DNA of 32,000 nucleotides from Taklimakanibacter lacteus (GTDB lineage: Bacteria; Pseudomonadota; Alphaproteobacteria; Rhizobiales; Aestuariivirgaceae), in the NCBI RefSeq assembly GCF_003576695.1, contig NZ_QOZQ01000007.1, forward strand, positions 41,277-73,276, written 5' to 3'. Below are positions 8,501 to 15,004 of the stretch, piece by piece. The position numbers and the translations under genes were made by a program. Position 1 is the stretch's first letter; each line of letters starts with the position of its first letter. The notes beneath the pieces were generated by a model, which was given only the letters and a program-made list of their open reading frames with translations, ran no database searches and had not been told where the DNA came from.

Positions 8501-8947
8501 GGTGTCGACGACTTCATAAGACCAGGCGCCGAAGACGCTTGGCTTCTCGACGCGGCGAAGCACGTCAGCCCTTCCGCTCCATCGGCCGTCCTGAAGTGCA
8601 GCCTGGACAACAATGGGTACGCCAGCCCTCATGGCCGCGACGGTCTTATCCACGGCATCCGTTTCGACGCCGATTCCGTCGATCGGGATGATCTCATCTC
8701 CCTGCCCTTTGAGATGATCGATGTACGCCTTTTCATGCTGCGCGCCGCGTTCCGCCAGGATTTCCAAAACAGGGTCCCAAACCGACGGCTTCACGATTTC
8801 GCCGCGCGCGACCGCGAGATCGAGCGCGGTCAGGTAGCGGCAGTTGAGATGCCCTACGAGATCGCTCGCCGTAAGATGGATCGTTTCGCCGCCCTTGCGC
8901 ATCAACGCCACGCTAGTGCAACCGGGGCGTGCCCCGCAACTCGGCAC
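5507..8947 (-). CDS. Fusion protein: Cas4/RecB-like PD-(D/E)xK nuclease with Cys4 cluster (TM0106-family-like), RNase-H-fold exonuclease-like module and SF1 Upf1/Dna2-like helicase (AAA_11/AAA_12 type)
   Basis: Nuclease motifs: GRADVL, YEVVDTKLAKE, QLSLY (QxxxY). Cysteines: LNC near the N-terminus plus CDICRWRQHC (8228-8257). Exonuclease-like motifs: IFFDLEGDPF, IYHFAPYEPAALKRL, SYSIKKLEPLY. Helicase motifs: Walker A GPPGAGKTHT (6611-6640), DEAAQ, LLGDPRQLEQP, WRLHPEI, VDKFQGQE, LNVATSRAR. The track start 8947 is a GTG; ATG 8902 (MRKGGETIHLTASDL) is an equally plausible start. Confidence 0.85.
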   Translation of the reverse strand: MPSCGARPGCTSVALMRKGGETIHLTASDLVGHLNCRYLTALDLAVARGEIVKPSVWDPVLEILAERGAQHEKAYIDHLKGQGDEIIPIDGIGVETDAVDKTVAAMRAGVPIVVQAALQDGRWSGRADVLRRVEKPSVFGAWSYEVVDTKLAKETKGGTVLQLSLYAALLSSVQKRLPEFSYVVTPETGFEPEIYRTTDYSAYYRRVRRSLEHSVDNGAGGDLYPDPNPHCDICRWRQHCDGKRRKDDHLSLVAGISKSQIGELKRHDVGTTAKLAEVALPWPWKPDRGATQSYEKIREQARMQVKGRTEGKVIHEALPIQPGFGLCCLPEPSPGDIFFDLEGDPFVRGGGLEFLFGYAYQNESGQAQHRAEWSFTPAEERAAFERFVDFVFDRLKTYPALHIYHFAPYEPAALKRLMGRYATREEELDRLLRSGVLVDLFAVIRHSIRASVESYSIKKLEPLYEYKRAQDLSDAGKILAKVQACLELGDVQGIEDADRKAVDAYNKDDCLSAWALRDWLEGLRAELVTGGATIDRPEAKSGDASEKLTAWQQRIAPLVESLTQAVPVDVADRTTEEHARWLLGNVLDFHGREIKATWWEYFRLSALSAEDLLDERAAISGLIFVDNVGGTAKAPIHRYGFPAQETELRGDEDLRSVGGKPFGKIDAISLDDRTVDIKKRKDTASLHPEAVFSHKVIGTEEQAEALVRIAEYVITNGMTRPGRYQAARDLLLLEAPKIGGQPIRNVDETTLSAAVRIAPAFEACAFPIQGPPGAGKTHTGARMICALVAAGKKIGITANSHKVIRNLLDEIQRACKQNGKPIQSIQKLSEKADDVPGIRLTTDNAEIFSSLGPDCPVAGGTSWLWARPEAFETLDVLFVDEAAQMSLANVLAVSHAAKTIVLLGDPRQLEQPLQGSHPEGTDVSALKHILGEHATVTADRGLFLEETWRLHPEICSFTSELFYEDRLRSKPGLQQQAVKSQGRVNGSGLRYLAVEHEGNQSASPEEADVIKALVEEILASKATWIGPDGKEAPVALDNILIIAPYNAQVFELQDRLLGARIGTVDKFQGQEAPIVIYSMTTSSHADAPRGMEFLYSANRLNVATSRARCVCILVGSPLLFEAECRTPQQMQLANAFCRYLEMAQPI

Positions 8948-9029
8948 TGAATTTTTCGGCTAATTTCATGTTCGTGCGCGTCGACCGCACCCGGCCGACC
9001 GGGCTCTCGTGAACGGAGCCACGCGAACG

Positions 9030-9097
9030 CTTTGTCTCCGCCATCTGGCTTCGATCCTTCGCGCAAATTTTCCGACCGCTGCCGGAGCCACCCGCTG
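9030..9097 (+). repeat. Direct repeat copy B (5' flank/leader of the nuclease-helicase gene)
   Basis: See copy A. The core is 9030-9067 and the looser extension runs to about 9097. Orientation is the same as copy A. Confidence 0.75.
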
Positions 9098-9151
9098 TAG
9101 CACTTGAAGCGGCCGTATTGGACGCCCCTGATGAAGCCTTGCGAGACCTTC

Positions 9152-9195
9152 GCCTCCAATCGCCACTACATCAGCCTCCAATCGCCACTACATCA
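9152..9195. repeat. Perfect 22-bp tandem duplication (2 units)
   Basis: gcctccaatcgccactacatca occurs at 9152-9173 and again at 9174-9195, with no spacer. Confidence 0.9.
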
Positions 9196-9446
9196 GAAGC
9201 AGGGCTCCGGATCGTGCGTCGCGGATCGCCATCGTGCGCCGCTATCGCCTGATCCACGGCCATGTCGAGCCGTTCCGATTCCGACATGGAATTCGGCCCC
9301 CGCCGCTTCTGACATTTCGAGTTCCGAATTGACCTTGCTCAGTCAATGTTCTTATTTTGTTCTCATGAAGTCAAGCAACGAAACCCGCAGATTTGCACCT
9401 TCCTGGTATCGTTGGAGCGGCTTTTTCAACGCCACCCCACATCTTA

Positions 9447-9674
9447 TTAGCGTTGCGTCGTGCGTTTCTCTTTTGTGAAGCCCTTGTCTGTCGCCATGAA
9501 GCGCTGGAGCATCGGCGCGACCAGCTTGGCCGGATCGGGTGGTGCCGCCTCGCCAGAGGTCCGGGCGAGAATCTCCGCGTAGGCGACAAGATCGCGATGA
9601 ACGGCAGCCGGCAGCTCGATGGTGATCTTGACCGGTTTATCGTCGGGGATGGCAGAGAGTCTCAGCTTGGTCAT
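9447..9674 (-). CDS. DUF2274-like small protein that follows trbI in Trb-type ICE operons
   Basis: 75 aa (MTKLRLSAIPDDKPVKITIELPAAVHRDLVAYAEIL...). ATGA overlap with the trbI stop (9671-9674). Position and sequence style match the conserved post-trbI ORF. Confidence 0.8.
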   Translation of the reverse strand: MTKLRLSAIPDDKPVKITIELPAAVHRDLVAYAEILARTSGEAAPPDPAKLVAPMLQRFMATDKGFTKEKRTTQR

Positions 9675-10879
9675 GACGGCTCCTTCGCGGCGCCGTAGGG
9701 CTGCATCACCAAGTCGCGATTCACGATGATGCGGACCGGGAAACCCGGCCGCACCGTGAGCGTCGGCTGGACGTTGAGCTGGCGGCGCACGATCTGCTGG
9801 CCGACGTCGGAGGCGGAATCCTGTGCGCTTTCGCGAATGGCGCGCGCGATCTCGCTCTCGTTGTCAATCGAGAGCTGGGTGCCGACACCGAGCAACGTCG
9901 AGAGCGCTGCGGCACGGAAGAGCTGACCCCAGTGATAGTCCACCTCGTCCTCGAGCCCGGAATATCCGCCGGCGTCGGCTCCCTGAAGGCGTTCCAGCAC
10001 GATCGACGTGCCGTTGGGCATGACGACACGATTCCAGACCAAGAGAACCCTGGATTGCCCGAACGCGACCTGACTGTCGTACTGGCCGATGAGCCGCGCA
10101 CCCTGAGGGATGAGAAGGTGCTTGCCGCTCGGGCTGTCATAGACGTGCTCCGTCACCTGCGCGGTGATCTGGCCGGGCAGATCGGAGTTGATGCCGGTGA
10201 TGAGCGCGGCGGGAATGATGGTGCCCGCCTGCACGACATGTGGCGAGGCTTTCTCCTGCACGCGGTCGGGACTGACCGTGCGCCGATCGGCCGCTGCGTT
10301 GACGAAAGCGAGCTTGCGGTCCTGCATGTTCTGCCTGGCGCCCGGATCGAGCGGCGGCGTCTCGGTCTGCAGCGTCAGGCCGGTCGGATCAATACGGGTG
10401 GCATCAGGCGTGGCCGGTCGGGTGTCCGGCGCTTGCGCACCGCGGCTGTCGGTGAACACCTTCGCGACACGCGCCGACTCGATCTCGGCAAGGCGACGCT
10501 GTTCTTCCGGGTCGGCGCGTGGTGTTCGAACATCCGGCGCGATCACGGGACGGCCTTGCTCCTGCGCGCGCAGGATCGGTCGGCCGAGGTCTCCCGGCAG
10601 CGCCGGGCCAAGCTGCGGAACCCCGGAATAGTCCTTGGGCAGGCCGGCCAGCCCGTCGGCCGCGGTGCGGTTTTCAGTGTTGTAGAGTTCGGTCGTGGGC
10701 TGCTTGGCACGACGATTGCTGTCGAGTGCCCAAACGAGCGCGCCGAGGATGGCGACGGCGCTGACGCCGCCCAGGCCGATCAGCACTTTTCGGGAGAGGC
10801 GCGTGACGCGCGGCGGCTCCGGCCGCAAGCGGAGCTCGGCGCGGATGTCGCCGGAAGGCGGATTTGGCGCATCGGTCAT
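9671..10879 (-). CDS. trbI: Conjugal transfer protein TrbI (VirB10 family)
   Basis: 402 aa with an N-terminal TM segment, a Pro-rich linker and a conserved C-terminal VirB10 core (GTIIPAALITGINSDLPGQITAQV..., RIIVNRDL). ATGA overlap with trbG. Confidence 0.93.
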   Translation of the reverse strand: MTDAPNPPSGDIRAELRLRPEPPRVTRLSRKVLIGLGGVSAVAILGALVWALDSNRRAKQPTTELYNTENRTAADGLAGLPKDYSGVPQLGPALPGDLGRPILRAQEQGRPVIAPDVRTPRADPEEQRRLAEIESARVAKVFTDSRGAQAPDTRPATPDATRIDPTGLTLQTETPPLDPGARQNMQDRKLAFVNAAADRRTVSPDRVQEKASPHVVQAGTIIPAALITGINSDLPGQITAQVTEHVYDSPSGKHLLIPQGARLIGQYDSQVAFGQSRVLLVWNRVVMPNGTSIVLERLQGADAGGYSGLEDEVDYHWGQLFRAAALSTLLGVGTQLSIDNESEIARAIRESAQDSASDVGQQIVRRQLNVQPTLTVRPGFPVRIIVNRDLVMQPYGAAKEPS

Positions 10880-11925
10880 CGGAACAGCCCCGCGCTGCGT
10901 CCCGGCCTGCCGTCCATGCGGACGATCCGTACGCGCCGCTCGCTGTCCTTGTCGCCGAGGCGCAGTTCGGCCGCAGCAAACAGCCGGTCGACGACATAAT
11001 AGTTCTGGCGCGCGCGGTAGTTGACCAGCTCGGAATTACCGGACGGGCCGATGACGAAGAGCGGCGGCATCTCGCCCTGGCCGATACCGGACGGAAACTC
11101 AATATAGACCTTGCTGCCATCGTCGAAGGCGCGGAGCGGCCGCCACGGCGCGCTGTCGCCCTCGATCGCATAGCGAAAGTTGAGTTTGGAGATGTCGACG
11201 CCGGTGGCCACCGGCTGCATCAACGCGGCCTGCGTGTTCTGCCGGCGCAGCGCGATCAACTGGTCCTGCGGATACTGCCACGAGACTGACGCCATGTAGG
11301 TCTTCTCGGTCGAGCGCAGCTCCATGTGATAGGTACGCAGATTGGTGTTGATCACGAGATTAGTCTGAAGGTCCGGCCGCGTCGGCTTGACGAGGATATG
11401 GACCTGCTGGTTTTGGCCGGAGCCGCTGACGGTGTCGCCGACGATCCATCGCACGGTGTCGCCCGCCGCGACGGGACCGGAACCGACGAGCTGCTCGCCG
11501 GGCTGCAAGGCGATGTCCGTGACCTGGCCGGGCGCGGCGTAGACCTGATAGAGCGCGCCGGCCGCGAAGGGATAGACCTGCACCGCGTTGATGAAACCGT
11601 TGCGGACCGGTTGCATGCGTGCGGCTTCGTTGGCTTGCGCGATGCGCGCCTTAGGATCGGTGGGCTCGGGCTTCTGTTTGGCCGAATCGACTGGCTTCAA
11701 CTGGCCGGGCAGCGGCAGCGGCTTCGGCAACTCGACCACCTTCACCGGACCGACCGGATCTGCGCTCAGCACGGCGGGCGCCGCGTCGTCGTAGTCGATG
11801 TCCGGCGGAATGAATTTGTTGGCACAGCCGCCGAGCGCCGTTGTCGACACCATTAGTGCGATCAACGCGAGTGAACGACGGCCTGCTCTTGCATACCTGC
11901 ATCTCTTCCCTGCCCCATCCATCAT
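10876..11925 (-). CDS. trbG: Conjugal transfer protein TrbG (VirB9 family), lipoprotein-type signal
   Basis: The start is reset to ATG 11925 (MMDGAGK...LALIALMVSTTALGGC lipobox), which forms ATGA with the trbF stop. VirB9-like core motifs: YQVYAAPGQVTDIALQPGE, LRTYHMELRS. The 477-aa track ORF is an upstream extension through trbF. Confidence 0.92.
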   Translation of the reverse strand: MMDGAGKRCRYARAGRRSLALIALMVSTTALGGCANKFIPPDIDYDDAAPAVLSADPVGPVKVVELPKPLPLPGQLKPVDSAKQKPEPTDPKARIAQANEAARMQPVRNGFINAVQVYPFAAGALYQVYAAPGQVTDIALQPGEQLVGSGPVAAGDTVRWIVGDTVSGSGQNQQVHILVKPTRPDLQTNLVINTNLRTYHMELRSTEKTYMASVSWQYPQDQLIALRRQNTQAALMQPVATGVDISKLNFRYAIEGDSAPWRPLRAFDDGSKVYIEFPSGIGQGEMPPLFVIGPSGNSELVNYRARQNYYVVDRLFAAAELRLGDKDSERRVRIVRMDGRPGRSAGLFR

Positions 11926-12608
11926 CCCATCTCCTTCGACCAGTTGATTGCATTGACAAACACACCCAGCGGATTGGCGCGCAGCCTGTCGGCGGTGCGC
12001 GGCTGCTGGATCACGACGGTGAGAATGGCGGTCCAGCGTTCGGTCGCCGCGAGTTGCCCGTTCTCGTAGCGTCGTTCCTGCCAGGCGATGCGGAAGGAGT
12101 CCGGCGAGGCGCGGATGACGCTGGAGATCTCGATCGCGATCTGCTGCTTGCCGACCTTCGTGAAGGGATCGTTGGCGCGCGCGTAGTCGTTCAGCGCGAT
12201 GGCGCCGCGATCGGTCGCGTAGTCGTAGGCGCGCAGCCAGTTTTGGCGCACGATGACCGGATCGGCCGGAATGCTCCGGACTTGCTCGACGAAGCGCGCG
12301 AGATGCCACGCGATCTGCGGATCAGTCGGCCTGTAGTCGGCAACAGCCGACGCCACGGCCTGTGCTTCGCCGAACTTGTCGACCTGCACGACCCAGGGAA
12401 CGACGGTGCCTTGCGTCGATTGCCAGACCAGCGCGACAGCAAAGCCGCCGGCGAGCGTAAGCGAGCCGAAGGCCATGAGCCGCCAGTTCGCCGCCTGGAC
12501 GCGGGCGGAGCCGATCCGCTCGTCCCAGGCTTGTGCTGCACGTTGATAGGGGGTCTCGGGTTCGGGCGTGCGCGCGTAACGCACGGAGGGTCGTCTGAAG
12601 AGATTCAT
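11922..12608 (-). CDS. trbF: Conjugal transfer protein TrbF (VirB8 family)
   Basis: The start is reset to ATG 12608 (MNLFRRPSVRYART...), which forms ATGA with the trbL stop. Single TM segment (WRLMAFGSLTLAGGFAVALVW) followed by a VirB8-like domain. Confidence 0.92.
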   Translation of the reverse strand: MNLFRRPSVRYARTPEPETPYQRAAQAWDERIGSARVQAANWRLMAFGSLTLAGGFAVALVWQSTQGTVVPWVVQVDKFGEAQAVASAVADYRPTDPQIAWHLARFVEQVRSIPADPVIVRQNWLRAYDYATDRGAIALNDYARANDPFTKVGKQQIAIEISSVIRASPDSFRIAWQERRYENGQLAATERWTAILTVVIQQPRTADRLRANPLGVFVNAINWSKEMG

Positions 12609-13981
12609 CGGCGGTCGTCCTGATCGAGTGAGACATTCATGGAGCCGCCGCCGTGATCGCCGGAGCGGATCGCGTGGGCGGCGGCAGTGGCGCCGTGGCT
12701 CATGGTCTGGCCGCGCTTCATTCGAGTGGCCCAAGCCGGCGGGGCCGAGGACGCAGAAGCACCAGCAGAGAAAGCATTGCCAGCGGCCGAGGCCGAACCG
12801 GCGGCTGGCGACGTGCCGCCGGTTGCGGTCCATGCACCGGCCCGGCCGGCGCGGTAGCTGGAGCGAAGGGAGTCGGCGGCGCGCGACATGGCCTGCCGCA
12901 CGGGCTGGACCGCAGCCGATGCGCCCGCCTTTGCGACGCCGCCGAGGCCGGCGGCCACGGCGCCCATGCCGCCCTGCCCTGACGTGGATGCCGCAAGGCC
13001 ATAGGCGGTCGACGTGCTGCCGGCGAGATGCGCGCCGCCGCGCGCGGCAGCCGCTGTCATGCGTGCGCCGGCTCCGGCGACGCTCGCCGCGCCGCCCAAG
13101 CCTGCGCTCGCTCCCATGACCCCGGCCGCCCCGATGCCGGCGACGGCGAGGCCGGTGCCAACCGCCGCCCCTGCGCTGAGCTGCGGGGCACCGGAGACGA
13201 GGCCGGTGGCGATGCCGGGACCGAAGATCGACAAGCCCATCAGCGACAGGGCGCCGAGCACAAGCGCCAGTGCGTCGGTGATCGTCGGCGATCCGGAGAA
13301 GCCGGATGTGAACTCACCAAACAGGCCGGAGCCGATGCCGACGATGACGGCAAGCACCAATATCTTGACGCCGGAGGCGACGATGTTGCCCAGCACCTTC
13401 TCAGCGAGGAACGCGGTCTTGTTGAACAGCGCGAATGGGATCAGCACGAAGCCCGCAAGCGTCGTCAATTTGAACTCGATCAGGCTGATGAAGATCTGGA
13501 CTGCGAGGATGAAGAAGGCGATCAGCACGATCGCCCAGGCGATCATCAACACCATGATCTGCACGAAGTTCTCGAAGAAGGAGATGTAGCCCATCAGGTC
13601 GCCGGCGGCCTTGAGGATGGGATTGCCGGCGTCGATGCCGACCTGCGCGACGCGGCCGGGCTGGAGCAGATCGGACGCCGAGAGCGACGATCCACCGGCC
13701 TTGAGACCAAGCCCGCTGAAGGATTGGAAGACGATGCCGGCAAGCCGGTTGAAATTGCCGATGATGAACGCGAAGAAGCCGATATAGAGCGTCTTCTTGA
13801 TGAGCCGCTGAAGCACATCCTCGTCGGCGCCCCAGGCCCAGAACAGGCCAGCGAGCGTGATGTCGATGACGATCAGCGTCGACGTCAGGAACGCGACCTC
13901 GCCGCCGAGCAGGCCGAATCCGCTATCGATGTAGCTCGTGAAGGTTTCGAGGAAGCGATCGATGACGCCGGTATTGTTCAT
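12605..13981 (-). CDS. trbL: Conjugal transfer protein TrbL (VirB6 family)
   Basis: The start is reset to ATG 13981 (MNNTGVIDRFLETFTSYIDSGFGLL), which forms ATGA with the trbK-alt stop. Polytopic membrane core followed by a long Ala/Gly/Ser-rich C-terminal tail. Confidence 0.92.
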   Translation of the reverse strand: MNNTGVIDRFLETFTSYIDSGFGLLGGEVAFLTSTLIVIDITLAGLFWAWGADEDVLQRLIKKTLYIGFFAFIIGNFNRLAGIVFQSFSGLGLKAGGSSLSASDLLQPGRVAQVGIDAGNPILKAAGDLMGYISFFENFVQIMVLMIAWAIVLIAFFILAVQIFISLIEFKLTTLAGFVLIPFALFNKTAFLAEKVLGNIVASGVKILVLAVIVGIGSGLFGEFTSGFSGSPTITDALALVLGALSLMGLSIFGPGIATGLVSGAPQLSAGAAVGTGLAVAGIGAAGVMGASAGLGGAASVAGAGARMTAAAARGGAHLAGSTSTAYGLAASTSGQGGMGAVAAGLGGVAKAGASAAVQPVRQAMSRAADSLRSSYRAGRAGAWTATGGTSPAAGSASAAGNAFSAGASASSAPPAWATRMKRGQTMSHGATAAAHAIRSGDHGGGSMNVSLDQDDRR

Positions 13982-14250
13982 GGGCGCGGCCGCTCCCCTG
14001 CCCCGCCGAGGAAATGGCGGCGGCTGTCGGACCAGGCTTTCCTGCACGCAGGATCGTCGAGGGCGGCCGCGCCGATGTCGCGGCAGCGAACCAGTTCGCT
14101 GGATGCGGGCTCGTCGCCCCGAGGTTGAACGGTCTGGGCGGGAGCATCCTCGGTGCGGTCCGGGCGCAGCGCGATGGCGCACGCGGCCATAACGGCGGCG
14201 AATGCGAGGACGGCGAGCATCCGGGTAGCGATCTTCATATCCATGCCCAC
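13978..14250 (-). CDS. trbK: Small lipoprotein in the TrbK position (TrbK-alt-like putative entry-exclusion protein)
   Basis: About 86-90 aa. Signal peptide with a Cys lipobox (LAVLAFAAVMAAC) and conserved Cys pair (RCR...DPAC). It lies between trbJ and trbL. The start could be 14250, 14244 or 14238. Confidence 0.7.
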   Translation of the reverse strand: MGMDMKIATRMLAVLAFAAVMAACAIALRPDRTEDAPAQTVQPRGDEPASSELVRCRDIGAAALDDPACRKAWSDSRRHFLGGAGERPRP

Positions 14251-14254
14251 GCCC

Positions 14255-15004
14255 TCAATCGTGGAACATGCGGACCGTCGTGGGGCTGTAGGCGCTTCCT
14301 GCCATGAAGCGGCCGAACTGCTCGCGCGCCTGCTCCTGCGCGGCCGCCTGCCGTGACTTTTCCAAAGCGTCGGCGCGGCCCTGCGCGGCGAGCATCGCCG
14401 TGAGGTCTGCGAGTTGCCGTGCCTGGACGCCGAGAAGCTGGTTGCCGGCCTGCGTCGCCTGGAGCACGCCGACCGCTGACTGGCTGGCGCTGACCAGCGT
14501 GCCGGTCTGCGAGCGCGTCCCCTCGATGTTCCCGACCGCGACAGCGCCGGCCTTCAGCGAATGTTCGTAGGCCGACAGCGACTGCTGCCAGCGTTCTCGC
14601 GCCGAAACGACGAGCTGCTGGCTGGTCTTGTCGGACGCGAAGTTTTGGAAGGTCGAAGCGAACTGTTGCTCGATGGTCTGGACGTTGTAGGCAAGCCTCT
14701 CCGCCTCGCCCATCAGCCGCTGCATCTCCGAGAAGTTGCCTTGAATCTGCGAGAGCATCGACGTTGGTAACCTGGCGAGGTTTTTCGCTTGGTTGAGGAG
14801 CATCTGCGCTTCGTTGGCGAGCGAGGTGATCTGGTGGTTGATCTGCTCCAGCGTGCGCGCGGCGGTCAGGACGTTCTGCGCGTAGTTCGACGGATCGAAC
14901 ACGATCAGTGCCGTAGCCGGCGCGGCGCCATACGCAATGCCGACTGCGAGTGTGCCGGCGGCCAGCGCATTGCGCAGACGGGCGGATCGGGACATTTCCT
15001 TCAT
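14255..15004 (-). CDS. trbJ: Conjugal transfer protein TrbJ (VirB5 family)
   Basis: 249 aa with a signal peptide. IVFDPSNYAQNVLTAARTLEQINHQI is typical of TrbJ. ATGA overlap with the trbE stop. Confidence 0.92.
   Translation of the reverse strand: MKEMSRSARLRNALAAGTLAVGIAYGAAPATALIVFDPSNYAQNVLTAARTLEQINHQITSLANEAQMLLNQAKNLARLPTSMLSQIQGNFSEMQRLMGEAERLAYNVQTIEQQFASTFQNFASDKTSQQLVVSARERWQQSLSAYEHSLKAGAVAVGNIEGTRSQTGTLVSASQSAVGVLQATQAGNQLLGVQARQLADLTAMLAAQGRADALEKSRQAAAQEQAREQFGRFMAGSAYSPTTVRMFHD

Noticed and set aside
9152-9195. Tandem 22-bp repeat as a possible CRISPR array or iteron set
   Set aside because: There are only two units with no spacer, so it is not CRISPR. No further copies lie nearby and no rep gene is present, so an iteron origin is unsupported.
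9104-9478. 124-aa plus-strand ORF in the gap between the nuclease-helicase gene and DUF2274
   Set aside because: It has no SD. Its composition is odd (Ser/Pro/Cys-rich, low complexity). It spans the tandem repeat and the AT-rich spacer and overlaps the DUF2274 3' end. It is most likely non-coding.
12650-13250. Ala/Gly/Ser-rich low-complexity region at the 3' end of trbL as a possible separate repeat feature
   Set aside because: It is in frame with and continuous with TrbL. Such disordered C-terminal tails are usual in TrbL/VirB6 proteins of this operon type, and no nucleotide-level periodic repeat is discernible.
10876-14182. N-terminal extensions of the track ORFs for trbG (to 12309), trbF (to 12833), trbL (to 14182) and trbD (to 18408)
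   Set aside because: The extensions run through the preceding gene in another frame and are Arg-rich nonsense. Internal ATGs forming ATGA/TAATG overlaps give canonical Trb N-termini such as signal peptides and TM segments.
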